IMG/VR virus record: IMGVR_UViG_3300040801_004034
Coordinates: 124,001 to 188,000 of that record
Reading direction: 5' to 3' (one strand)
DNA length: 64,000 bases
Within the stretch, counting starts at the first letter, position 1, and each line of letters begins with the position of its first letter. The notes under the pieces were generated by a model. It had not been told where the DNA came from, did not search any database, and was given only the letters and a program-made list of their open reading frames with translations. The translations under genes and the position numbers were made by a program. This document shows, one piece after another, positions 1-8,007 of the stretch.

Positions 1-152
1 GATGATGATATTCTAGATTATAGACTCACACAACATTTTATTGAAACCAACAGTATCAATGGTGATGTGCGTGTTTTTGATTATGGTCAACACCATTTTG
101 GTTCTGAGAAATGTGTTAATGAAATTGTTGAGTACATAAATAACTATGTACC

Positions 153-752
153 ATGCGATTAAATTTTCAAGAGTTCTTTTGTGAATCATTTTCAAACCTT
201 TTCATTAACAAAGATGATGAAAAGCGTAGACAGTTAGCAGATCAAATCCATAGTATGGTGGGTGCATCATATCAGAAAGCTACTGGTCAGCAAAACTTAG
301 CTTTTGGTATGCAGTCTCCAGAAGCTATGCTTGAAACCATACCATTTTGGAAAATCGCAAAACGTGATGGACGTATAAGAGCAGTCATTCTTTATAAAGA
401 TAAGAATGGAAGAAAATCGATGGCAATTGCAACCGATAGTACTAAAGAAGGAAAAAATCTTCTCAAACAAATGCTGCATGATGACATGATACGAAATCGA
501 GCATACAGTGAAATTTCCGATCCATCACTTTCATTCAGAAAGAAAATTCTCCCAGCAAATTTATCAATTCAAGACATAGCTATACCATTTGAAGAAGTTC
601 AGAAGATGATGCCTAATATAACTAGACCACCACAAGATGATCCGCATGTTATAAAACATCCTGAACTTGAGCCATATTTCTATCAGAGAGAGTTCGGTGG
701 AGATCTAAAGACAAAAATAATGGTCGGTCAAATTGGTAATGAAATATCATAA
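153..752 (+). CDS. hypothetical phage protein (199 aa)
   Basis: Intact ORF with TAAATA just upstream of the ATG. Confidence 0.7.
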   Translation: MRLNFQEFFCESFSNLFINKDDEKRRQLADQIHSMVGASYQKATGQQNLAFGMQSPEAMLETIPFWKIAKRDGRIRAVILYKDKNGRKSMAIATDSTKEGKNLLKQMLHDDMIRNRAYSEISDPSLSFRKKILPANLSIQDIAIPFEEVQKMMPNITRPPQDDPHVIKHPELEPYFYQREFGGDLKTKIMVGQIGNEIS

Positions 753-754
753 AG

Positions 755-853
755 GGAACTATCATATAATAGAGACAGAAATACGTTCTTTATCAGAAAA
801 ATCAAAAATAGTTCAAAAAAAAATAGTTTAAAAAGAAGGAACTATGATATACT
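755..853 (+). promoter_or_regulatory. two tandem GGAAC-N5-TATAAT promoters
   Basis: GGAAC-TATCA-TATAAT 755-770 and GGAAC-TATGA-TATACT 838-853; motif recurs about 20 times in the window. Confidence 0.7.
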
Positions 854-876
854 TGGCATAAGTAATAACAACGACA

Positions 877-978
877 ATGAATTTACATACACAATATAGC
901 TTTAACAAATGTGAGTCTGATATTAGACAATCACGCCCGATAGCGAATGTGCTGAATACAGGAGGTAGCGGGGATTGA
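877..978 (+). CDS. putative attenuator leader peptide (33 aa, MNLHTQYSFNKCESDIRQSRPIANVLNTGGSGD)
   Basis: ATG 877 to TGA 976-978, between the promoters and a terminator; below the ORF-track cutoff. Confidence 0.5.
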   Translation: MNLHTQYSFNKCESDIRQSRPIANVLNTGGSGD

Positions 979-1023
979 CCACGAGATAATTTTAAGTTCT
1001 GAAAAAGAACAATAATAGAATTG

Positions 1024-1056
1024 AACTCGGGTCAGAAAAAGGACACCGGGTTTTTT
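1024..1056 (+). terminator. intrinsic terminator (attenuator)
   Basis: AACTCGG-GTC...GAC-ACCGGGTT hairpin followed by a T tract. Confidence 0.65.
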
Positions 1057-1082
1057 AATGATTTTAAAGATAGACAAAAATA

Positions 1083-1098
1083 GGAACACAGATATAAT
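1083..1098 (+). promoter_or_regulatory. GGAAC-N5-TATAAT promoter at the head of the RNA array
   Basis: GGAAC-ACAGA-TATAAT. Confidence 0.7.
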
Positions 1099-1284
1099 TT
1101 AAACATAATTTAGTAAATGGCGCCTTGAGCCAAATAAAGAATCAAGGTTAGTACGTCCACTGTAAAAGCATCATGGGCACCTAAACCAATTATATAATTG
1201 AGAGAGGTGAAAGTAAGATTTATAAAATGGTGGCTGCACCAGTGAAGTTGAGATTTTTCTCCTTCTGGTGCAGCCTTAACTTTC

Positions 1285-1369
1285 AGGAATATGGCAGCTG
1301 TTCGATTCAGTAACTCTTCGGAGATGTGGTGTTGTCAGATACGTTCAAAGTTAGACTCCTTGTATTCCT
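1285..1369 (+). ncRNA. permuted tRNA-like (YrlA-like) RNA
   Basis: Closing stem AGGAATA/TATTCCT with a T-arm (CTG-TTCGATT-CAG) near the 5' end. Confidence 0.35.
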
Positions 1370-1710
1370 CAATTTTCAAATCCTAGTCGTCTAGAAGCAG
1401 AGGACACCAGCCAGTTCGTGCTGGAAACGATAAGTTGCGATTATCCTAGGACGTTTTAATCCATATAATCTAGGCAAGAGCTTGCAGGCTTATCATTTAG
1501 GTTATATGGCGCCAGATATATAGTAACTGCAATTACAAATATACCTGCGTTGTATCGGTCGGCTGGCGGAGACGCCCTCGTGAAGAGGGAGGTGATTGGT
1601 TCGATTCCAATATACAAATTCGATATTTATACCTATGCAAGTCATGTGTGAGTCATGGGGACGAAACATATAATAAACCACATGTCATGTATATGTTTCA
1701 AATTTTATAA

Positions 1711-1797
1711 GCCTAGGTGGCTCAGTTGGTCGACAGCGCCTGCTTTGTAAGCAGGATCCTACAGGACTCGTGGGTTCGAATCCCACCCTAGGCTCCA
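1711..1797 (+). tRNA. tRNA-Thr(UGU) with long variable arm
   Basis: Cloverleaf, loop TTTGTAA, CCA encoded. Confidence 0.9.
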
Positions 1798-1839
1798 TTT
1801 TGATTGTAGTTTTCGAGTTACGTTTGATTAAGTATTTAT

Positions 1840-2364
1840 ATGATAACATGTATGCAATGCAATAAATTGATTCCTAATCAGGAATCGATAGCTCATAAAT
1901 ATCAAAAACGTTTTTGTGATAGTTCTTGTAGTGCAAAATACAATAACACAAAACGTAAATATAAAAAACAACCAAAAAGCAAGTGTTTGAATTGCGATAA
2001 AGAAACAAAATATAGTACAACGAAGTTTTGTTCGCATCAATGTTCAGGAGATTTTAGAGCAAAACAAGCATATAAAACCAATATCGAAAAATATAAAGCT
2101 GGTGAATTAACAAATCGTAATCGTATATATTCATTTCTTGTTGAAGAATTTGGTAATATATGTAATATATGCCAGTTAGATGGTAACAATTGGAACGGTA
2201 AACCTATCAGATTATGGGTAGATCATATTGATGGGAATGCAACAAATAATTCACCATCGAATTTCAGACTGTTGTGTCCAAATTGCGAATCACAAACTGA
2301 TTTTTGTAGAGGTAAGAATTATGGAAATGGTAGATCATCAAGAGGTCTAAAACCATACGGGTAA
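1840..2364 (+). CDS. HNH homing endonuclease with zinc fingers
   Basis: CxxC repeats; VDHIDGNATNNSPSNFRLLCPNC HNH motif. Confidence 0.85.
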   Translation: MITCMQCNKLIPNQESIAHKYQKRFCDSSCSAKYNNTKRKYKKQPKSKCLNCDKETKYSTTKFCSHQCSGDFRAKQAYKTNIEKYKAGELTNRNRIYSFLVEEFGNICNICQLDGNNWNGKPIRLWVDHIDGNATNNSPSNFRLLCPNCESQTDFCRGKNYGNGRSSRGLKPYG

Positions 2365-2370
2365 TTTAAT

Positions 2371-2445
2371 GGATCTATAATATAACGGCTATTATCACCG
2401 GTTTTTACCCGGCTTATCCGGGTTCAAGTCCCGGTGGATCCACCA
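2371..2445 (+). tRNA. tRNA-Lys(UUU)
   Basis: Cloverleaf, loop TTTTTAC, CCA. Confidence 0.85.
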
Positions 2446-2448
2446 TTT

Positions 2449-2690
2449 AACGTCCCTAGAATCACAGGTATAGGTGCGCCAATGCAAACTATGCGGCATT
2501 GGTCAGTAATGCAATGCACCTTTGATGTAGATTTGCGAGATACGAAGTAGGTGTTGATAGCAGATAGCATAGGCTGTAAACAACACTGAGATAGTTGATC
2601 GTGTAGGAGAATTGCCTAGGAGGGATGACCATCTACAGTTCGAAAGCCGGAAGTCTTGGGTGTTAGGCTTGACAATCGGAGAGACGATAC
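2449..2690 (+). ncRNA. orphan structured RNA, family A copy 1
   Basis: GC-rich, noncoding, paired ends; motifs shared with 16292-16440. Confidence 0.5.
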
Positions 2691-2699
2691 AAATTTAAT

Positions 2700-2776
2700 G
2701 GGCGTGTAGTTCAAGTGGCAGAATACCGGATTTGCAATTCGGAGGTTTGGGATTTCGATTATCCCCACGTCCACCA
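2700..2776 (+). tRNA. tRNA-Ala(UGC)
   Basis: Cloverleaf, G3-U70, CCA. Confidence 0.9.
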
Positions 2777-2896
2777 TCTTAAAAATGATAACAGTATGGT
2801 CAGAACATAGCTATTCTAGATTAACTATGCAATGCACTTGAAGATTAGGACACTTCTTAAGTTATCGATAATGTATATCAGTCCTATACAATTTAT

Positions 2897-3014
2897 GATC
2901 GAGGTCGTTATAATCGACTCACCAAAATAATGTAGAGTACTATATGTTATTGCGGGAAATAAAAGATATGTAATGAGCTATTGCACAGGGGTGAAAATCC
3001 TCCATCGATCACCA
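2897..3014 (+). ncRNA. tRNA-like RNA with acceptor stem, T-arm and CCA but a noncanonical core
   Basis: GATCGA/TCGATC-A-CCA; T-like arm GGGG-TGAAAAT-CCTC. Confidence 0.45.
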
Positions 3015-3020
3015 TTTTAT

Positions 3021-3106
3021 GGGTACCTAAAGCTGTTCGGATACAGTAGCTTGACTGTAAATCAAGTCTCTTCGGGGGAGTGGTTCGAGTCCACAGGTAC
3101 CCACCA
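3021..3106 (+). tRNA. tRNA-Tyr(GUA)
   Basis: Loop CTGTAAA, long variable arm, CCA. Confidence 0.9.
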
Positions 3107-3110
3107 TTTA

Positions 3111-3245
3111 TACATAGTAGCTTAATTGAGTTAGATGATCAAATGAGTCTGTGAGAGGTACCCAAAATCAGATAGTTTGATCATACTGATAAAGCGGCCG
3201 GCTAATAACCGGTATCGTTGTTGGTAGAAATCCAACTATTGTATA
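3111..3245 (+). ncRNA. tRNA-Ile(AAU)-like RNA with about 60-nt hairpin inserted in the D-loop
   Basis: GCTT/AAGC D-stem split by an ATGATCAAA/TTTGATCAT hairpin; GCCGG-CTAATAA-CCGGT arm. Confidence 0.5.
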
Positions 3246-3255
3246 ACAATTTTAT

Positions 3256-3367
3256 GTCGCAATTAGTGTAACGGTTAGCACGCCACCGCAAGGTGAGGAC
3301 AGCAGTTCGATTCTGCAAAGCTTGGAGGTCCTTGAAGGAAGATCGGTTCAAATCCGATAGCGACTCA
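3256..3367 (+). ncRNA. tRNA-like RNA with GNRA-capped anticodon arm and two T-arms
   Basis: CACC-GCAA-GGTG; GCAG-TTCGATT-CTGC and ATCGG-TTCAAAT-CCGAT. Confidence 0.5.
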
Positions 3368-3374
3368 TTTTTAT

Positions 3375-3450
3375 TGTAGGGAGGGATGCTGGTATCCCCG
3401 TGAGTCTCATAAGCTCACTGACGCGGGTTCGATTCCCGCCCCCGCACCCA
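3375..3450 (+). tRNA. tRNA-CAU (Met or Ile2)
   Basis: Loop CTCATAA, CCA. Confidence 0.8.
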
Positions 3451-3558
3451 TTTTACTGAAGGTCGGCACACTGATATGCCAATGCCGTCTGCAGCGGTTA
3501 GTCAAAATTGGTCTCTAACCAGGAGTTGATAAGATCACTTCAGTAACAATTTTATAAT

Positions 3559-3634
3559 GGTCTCATGGTCCAACGGCTTAAGATATTCGACTGTCTCTCG
3601 AATGATGAGGGTTCGATTCCCTCTGGGATCGCCA
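3559..3634 (+). tRNA. tRNA-Asp(GUC)
   Basis: Loop CTGTCTC, G73, CCA. Confidence 0.9.
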
Positions 3635-3639
3635 TTTAA

Positions 3640-3716
3640 TTGACCAGAGGAGAATAGTGAAACTCGTTCGACAGTTTATCGAAAAATAGTGGGTTTGAAT
3701 CCCATTGGTTGAGCCA
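3640..3716 (+). tRNA. degenerate tRNA (Asn GUU-like)
   Basis: Cloverleaf with CCA, but loop CAGTTTA lacks U33 and purine 37. Confidence 0.45.
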
Positions 3717-3723
3717 TTTATAT

Positions 3724-3798
3724 GCCGCTATGTTGTAAAGGATGCATTTCTTCCCTGTCAAGGTTGAGGTACGAGTTCAAATCTCGTTAGTGGCGCCA
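3724..3798 (+). tRNA. tRNA-Asp(GUC), second copy
   Basis: Loop CTGTCAA, G73, CCA; weak anticodon stem. Confidence 0.75.
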
Positions 3799-3799
3799 C

Positions 3800-3916
3800 G
3801 GGTCCTTAGCTCAAATGGTTAGAGCAACCGACTCTTTCAAATTATATGATAATATTTCTATTGTATGATTTGGAATAATCGGTAGGTTGGGAGTTCGATC
3901 CTCCCAGGACCCACCA
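3800..3916 (+). tRNA. tRNA (CAU, or CUU) with 40-nt hairpin insertion in the anticodon loop
   Basis: Perfect tRNA halves; removing 3835-3874 gives ACCGA-CTCATAA-TCGGT. Confidence 0.75.
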
Positions 3917-3961
3917 TTTTCGATATGTTAGGGTACCGATAATATTTGAATAAATATTAAT

Positions 3962-4636
3962 ATGGAATATATTACCATTATTTGCAAAAATTGCGAACAA
4001 GAACATCGATACCCTAAACGTCATTATATTCAAAGACAGAAAACAGGAAGACCGCATAAGATATATTGTTCAAGACATTGTGCTGATATCGGTAAATCGG
4101 TCAAATACGAAAAAAGACATTGTGTTGTATGTAAAGATGAATTTAATTGTAAATCAAATTTAAAAACAAAATGTTGTAGTCGTAAATGTGCTGATAATTT
4201 ACATAATCCTAAAAAGAAATGTGGCAAATGTAAAAAACCTGATTGTAATAATATTACCAGTAATCATCGAAAAGTATTATGTGATATATGTATTGGTGAA
4301 GGTAGATCATATTATAAAGCATATAATTACATGTTACCAGATGAGCTTCCTCTTTATAAAGTTATAAAACAAAGAGGTTCAAATAAATTTGATGTAGTTA
4401 GATCATGGGCTCGTAAAAAAATGATCAACAGTGGTGTAGAATTAAAATGCGATGTTTGTGATTATGATATTCATGTTGAAGCAGCACATATTAAACCTTT
4501 AAGTACATTTTCACCAGATACACTCATTTCAGAAGTTAACTCATTTGATAACTTAAGATTGATGTGCCGTAATCATCATTGGGAGCTTGACCATGGGGTA
4601 TTAAAAGAAAAAATTTCATCGCCGCGAAGCTCTTAG
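3962..4636 (+). CDS. HNH homing endonuclease with zinc fingers
   Basis: CxxC repeats; EAAHIKPL...NLRLMCRNHHWELD. Confidence 0.8.
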   Translation: MEYITIICKNCEQEHRYPKRHYIQRQKTGRPHKIYCSRHCADIGKSVKYEKRHCVVCKDEFNCKSNLKTKCCSRKCADNLHNPKKKCGKCKKPDCNNITSNHRKVLCDICIGEGRSYYKAYNYMLPDELPLYKVIKQRGSNKFDVVRSWARKKMINSGVELKCDVCDYDIHVEAAHIKPLSTFSPDTLISEVNSFDNLRLMCRNHHWELDHGVLKEKISSPRSS

Positions 4637-4709
4637 TAGAGCAGTTGGATTTATATCCCAATGTCTAGATAAGAAACAGGAAGGGGAGCGTAACCCCTCG
4701 CGGCGACCA
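4620..4709 (+). tRNA. atypical tRNA-Ile(UAU)
   Basis: Loop TTTATAT, noncanonical T-loop AGCGTAA, long variable region, CCA. Confidence 0.6.
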
Positions 4710-4733
4710 TTTACATTTTTCAATTTTATATAT

Positions 4734-4826
4734 CGTGGAGTGCCCGAGTTGGTTTAAGGGATCCGGCTTGGAACCGGATGAATTGGCCCGTTGTCTGTTC
4801 CGTGGGTTCGAATCCCACCTCCGCGA
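4734..4826 (+). tRNA. tRNA with Pro anticodon (UGG) on a Ser/Leu-like long-variable-arm body
   Basis: TCCGG-CTTGGAA-CCGGA; C1-G72, A73; 23-nt variable arm; no full CCA. Confidence 0.7.
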
Positions 4827-4836
4827 CATTTTATAT

Positions 4837-4922
4837 GGAGGTTAGCGTCAAGGCGACAAACGGGTGTTGAATACCCGGCCGGGTTTAATAGCTCGAGGGT
4901 TCAATTCCTTTAGCCTCCGCCA
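4837..4922 (+). tRNA. tRNA-Ser(UGA)
   Basis: Long variable arm, G73, CCA. Confidence 0.85.
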
Positions 4923-4932
4923 CTTCCCATCC

Positions 4933-5004
4933 CTGGGAAGCTCATACGGAAGAGCACACGGTCGATAACCGTGAGGTAGTCGGTTCGAATCCGATTACTA
5001 CAGC
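4933..5004 (+). pseudogene. degenerate tRNA-Ile(GAU)
   Basis: D, anticodon and T arms intact; acceptor stem poorly paired; no CCA. Confidence 0.5.
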
Positions 5005-5012
5005 CCTTTCAT

Positions 5013-5089
5013 CCCTAGGTAGCTTAGCGGTTTAAAGCATCCGGTTGATAACCGGAAGACCGAGAGTTCAAATCTCTCCTCAGGGACCA
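5013..5089 (+). tRNA. tRNA-Ile(GAU)
   Basis: Loop TTGATAA, CCA. Confidence 0.85.
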
Positions 5090-5095
5090 CTTTAT

Positions 5096-5180
5096 TCTGA
5101 CGTAGCCGAGCTGGTAGCAGGCGACAGACTGTTAATCTGTAGGAGAAATCCCGTCGGTGGTTCGAGCCCACCCGTCAGAG
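5096..5180 (+). tRNA. tRNA-Asn(GUU) with long variable arm
   Basis: Loop CTGTTAA, GGA-GAAA-TCC variable arm, G73, no CCA. Confidence 0.85.
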
Positions 5181-5191
5181 CTTTATTTTAT

Positions 5192-5269
5192 TCCGTCTGG
5201 GCTGGCATAGTGTTAAGCGGCAGGCTGTTAACCTGTTTAAGTGTGGGGCGGTACCACAAGACGGAGCCA
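5192..5269 (+). tRNA. tRNA-Asn(GUU), atypical T-loop
   Basis: Loop CTGTTAA, T-loop GGCGGTA, CCA. Confidence 0.7.
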
Positions 5270-5361
5270 TTTGCGGTCCCCGGCTTGACTAGAAACGAGC
5301 TCGCAGTCTCTTCCAGGGTCTTCTGCGTTATCAAAAGGATTAAGACCCTACCACTTTATAT

Positions 5362-5437
5362 CTCCTAGCATGCTGTTGGAAGCACAGTGATTCTTACAAA
5401 ATCGCTCTCGTAAGTTCGATTCTTACCTAGGAGACCA
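5362..5437 (+). tRNA. tRNA-Val(UAC), extended anticodon stem
   Basis: Loop CTTACAA, CCA. Confidence 0.7.
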
Positions 5438-5444
5438 TTTTAAC

Positions 5445-5520
5445 GGGAATATGGTGTAACAGGTGCGCACGCTCGACTGAAGATCCTGAGGTTCTGGTTC
5501 GATTCCAGATATTCCCGCCA
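5445..5520 (+). tRNA. tRNA-Phe(GAA)
   Basis: Loop CTGAAGA, CCA. Confidence 0.8.
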
Positions 5521-5606
5521 TTTTAACGTTTAACATGTGAGGAGCATGACTTAATTGGTACGTGAGGAGCATGAACAAATAAACAAATACATGGTCACAA
5601 TTTTAT

Positions 5607-5778
5607 GAGGGGGTATCCTAGTGGTAAGGGACAGACTCTGTCGTATATGAATTAGTTTGGAAGCGTACGGTAGTACATTCTAATTTCATATTATGGCAAC
5701 CTGTTGTTGACGAAAGCAAAACAAAGCGCTTTGTTTTGTGGGAGACGTTGAAGGTTCGATTCCTTTTCCCGCTCGCCA
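5607..5778 (+). ncRNA. tRNA scaffold with the anticodon arm replaced by an about 100-nt multi-hairpin domain
   Basis: Acceptor, D and T arms plus CCA flank a long structured insert. Confidence 0.55.
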
Positions 5779-5934
5779 TTTTTATTCTGACAATGCTAAG
5801 CTGATCTTTTTAAGGGACTGTACTGCTGGTATGATCTGTTACAACTATCGCTTGAAGGTATACATTCTTGCCCTGTGACAAGTTCAACATTGGTCAACGT
5901 GGTAGCTCCTCGTTGTTTACAGATATTTTATAAT

Positions 5935-6011
5935 GCATCACTAGTGTTTAACGGCTAGCACGTGAGTCTTCCAAACTTGAAGTAAGGGTTCAAGTCCCTT
6001 GTGATGCACCA
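5935..6011 (+). tRNA. tRNA-Gly(UCC)
   Basis: Loop CTTCCAA, A73, CCA. Confidence 0.9.
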
Positions 6012-6016
6012 TTTTA

Positions 6017-6126
6017 TTTGTTGTGTATCAACTATCGACGGCAGCCAGTGAGCAGCCGGTTACAATGGGTCACTACCACGTAGCGAAAAGATCGTCACTT
6101 ATATCATAGCTGGTACAACATAACAA
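6017..6126 (+). ncRNA. orphan pseudoknot-like RNA, family B copy 1
   Basis: Motifs shared with 8008-8087. Confidence 0.5.
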
Positions 6127-6131
6127 TAATC

Positions 6132-6203
6132 GCACTGTAGTGTAAGGCTAACACGCTCCAATCAAGAGGGAGTAATTCGGTATAGGACCCGATGGTGCAC
6201 CCA
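6132..6203 (+). pseudogene. degenerate tRNA-like element
   Basis: Acceptor and D arm with CCA; noncanonical T-loop and anticodon loop. Confidence 0.4.
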
Positions 6204-6215
6204 TTTATATTTTAT

Positions 6216-6291
6216 GGCGCCATCGTCTAAAGGTCAGGACAATACCCTTTCAAGGTAGAAATCGAGAGTTCAAGTCTCCGTGGCGTCACCA
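6216..6291 (+). tRNA. tRNA-Glu(UUC)
   Basis: Loop CTTTCAA, CCA. Confidence 0.9.
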
Positions 6292-6297
6292 TTTTAT

Positions 6298-6373
6298 GCC
6301 TCATCGGACTATATAGTAGCGCAGCATTACTGCAGTGATGATGAAATCGGTGTGACTCCGATATGGGGCTCCA
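6298..6373 (+). tRNA. atypical tRNA-Cys(GCA)
   Basis: CTGCAG loop, U73, CCA; noncanonical T-loop. Confidence 0.55.
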
Positions 6374-6669
6374 TTTTACCAGGCAGAAATGTTCACAACG
6401 GAGATACAAGCGCGAATACGATCAATGCGGTGTCCGCTTCACCTGACCTGGTAATTAATTTTATTAACAAACTAAAGTATCCATTACAAATTGGATCAAC
6501 ATTATATCCTAAAGGTACGGTTGTTGAGGTGCTAATGCACAACGATAAACGCATTACAAATGTGTTTCCAAACATGCAACATAACCCTGAATCAACACAA
6601 GTAGCAATCATGCTACCAGGGAGAGAGAAACCAACAATACATGTTGCAAAAGGTAATGAATAATTTTAT

Positions 6670-6746
6670 GGGGATGAAGCTTATTAGGAAAAGCGGCTGG
6701 CTCTTAACCAGTAGTCTTGTCGGTTCGAATCCGATTATCCCTACCA
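6670..6746 (+). tRNA. tRNA-Lys(CUU)
   Basis: Loop CTCTTAA, CCA. Confidence 0.9.
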
Positions 6747-6931
6747 TTTAGTATACTGCTCCTTGCCTTGTAAAGCAAATGGCATCTCCTATGACTAATG
6801 ATACAATACAGCGGTTCGAAACGCAAAATTGGTGACCGATTAGGGATGAATTCCTCCGTGTAGGAAGGAGCTTAAATTTATATAAACTACGGAAAAGTAA
6901 GTAAACCTGCAATGAGAATATAAATATTATC

Positions 6932-7540
6932 ATGAGATATTTCATGTATAAAACAACTAATTTAAAAAATGGTAAAATATACATCGGTGTGCACAGGACC
7001 AAAAATGTAGATGATGGTTATTTAGGTTCAGGTGTTATGATAAAACGTTCAATCCTTAAATATGGTAAACAATGTTTTAAAAAAGAAATATTGCAAGAAT
7101 TTGAGTCGGTATCAGCAATGTATGATGCTGAAAGAAATACAGTTACAACTGAATTTATTAACAGGCCTGATGTTTACAATCTTAGAGTTGGTGGTTGGGG
7201 TGGAAAAATCACTGAACAAACACGCCAAAAAATATCAAAAGCTTTATTAGGAAAGAAAAAAACAGACCAGATGAAAGAAAAACTTAGAAACGCTCGAACA
7301 GGTACAAAATTAAAGGAATCCACAAAAAACAAGATTCAAAATTCGAGAAACGAAAACAAAGACAGTCGAGATCAAATATGGTGTACACTTTTTGATGAAT
7401 GGAAAAATAGCGGTTTGAGTAAAAATGAATTTATAAAAAAAGCAGGTTATCATAGCACAACAACAGCAACATATAATTGGGTTAGGCTAGGATTACAGCC
7501 TGCTAAAGAAAGAATAAAAAGAAAAATTAAGACCTCTTAG
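6932..7540 (+). CDS. GIY-YIG homing endonuclease (Seg-like) with NUMOD3 repeats
   Basis: YKTTNLKNGKIYIGVH...GYLGSG; YNLRVGG. Confidence 0.9.
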   Translation: MRYFMYKTTNLKNGKIYIGVHRTKNVDDGYLGSGVMIKRSILKYGKQCFKKEILQEFESVSAMYDAERNTVTTEFINRPDVYNLRVGGWGGKITEQTRQKISKALLGKKKTDQMKEKLRNARTGTKLKESTKNKIQNSRNENKDSRDQIWCTLFDEWKNSGLSKNEFIKKAGYHSTTTATYNWVRLGLQPAKERIKRKIKTS

Positions 7541-7607
7541 CTCAGAGGACAGAGCAGCAGCCTACGAAGTTGCGTTGTCGGGAGTTCGAATCTCTCAGAG
7601 GTCACCA
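7531..7607 (+). tRNA. tRNA-Arg(ACG)
   Basis: Loop CTACGAA, CCA. Confidence 0.92.
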
Positions 7608-7614
7608 TTTTTAT

Positions 7615-7690
7615 TGTCCCGTGTGTGTAACGGATAGCACGACTGACTTTGAATCAGTAGGTCCAGGTTCGATTCCTGGTGGAGCTGCCA
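7615..7690 (+). tRNA. tRNA-Gln(UUG)
   Basis: Loop CTTTGAA, CCA; weak acceptor stem. Confidence 0.7.
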
Positions 7691-7695
7691 TTTAT

Positions 7696-7787
7696 TGCAG
7701 GGTAGTGTAATCCGGTAACATGTCGGGCTCATAACCCGAAGAAGCACTTCGAGTGTGTTGTAGGTTCAAATCCTTCCCCTGCCTCCA
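7696..7787 (+). tRNA. initiator tRNA-fMet(CAU) with long variable arm
   Basis: GGG/CCC anticodon stem, 1-72 mismatch, GCAC-TTCGA-GTGT arm, CCA. Confidence 0.85.
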
Positions 7788-7862
7788 TTTTCTGATATTG
7801 TAATATTGACGTGTTACAATTGATGTATGATTGCCATATGGATAATAGCTGCGTCAACAGTT

Positions 7863-7946
7863 ATATGAAGTATCGCTGATATAGTGTAATTGGTAACACA
7901 GCCTCCTAACACGAGGCGGATATAGGTTCGAGTCCTGTTTTCATAT
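7863..7946 (+). ncRNA. tRNA-Val(AAC)-like domain embedded in a larger RNA
   Basis: GCCTC-CTAACAC-GAGGC arm, normal D and T arms, extra hairpin before the D arm. Confidence 0.45.
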
Positions 7947-8007
7947 TGCAATCGTTAATTTATAGATAATTGATACGGAGTAGTTGAACGAAAAAGTATC
8001 ATTTATT

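Noticed and set aside
1381-1618. Two further tRNA-like stretches (about 1381-1452 and 1551-1618)
   Set aside because: Arms are too degenerate to assign an anticodon; treated only as part of the array.
1634-1700. Hammerhead-like TGAGTC...GACGAAAC
   Set aside because: The core reads GTGTGA rather than CTGANGA, and GAAAC is sequestered in a 9-bp stem with ATATGTTTC.
5045-6663. ORF-track ORFs 5045-5368 and 6280-6663 (also 9938 and 14143 starts, 15459-15650)
   Set aside because: They overlap clear tRNA genes and are open by chance; a shorter real ORF near 6450-6663 is possible but has no clear start.
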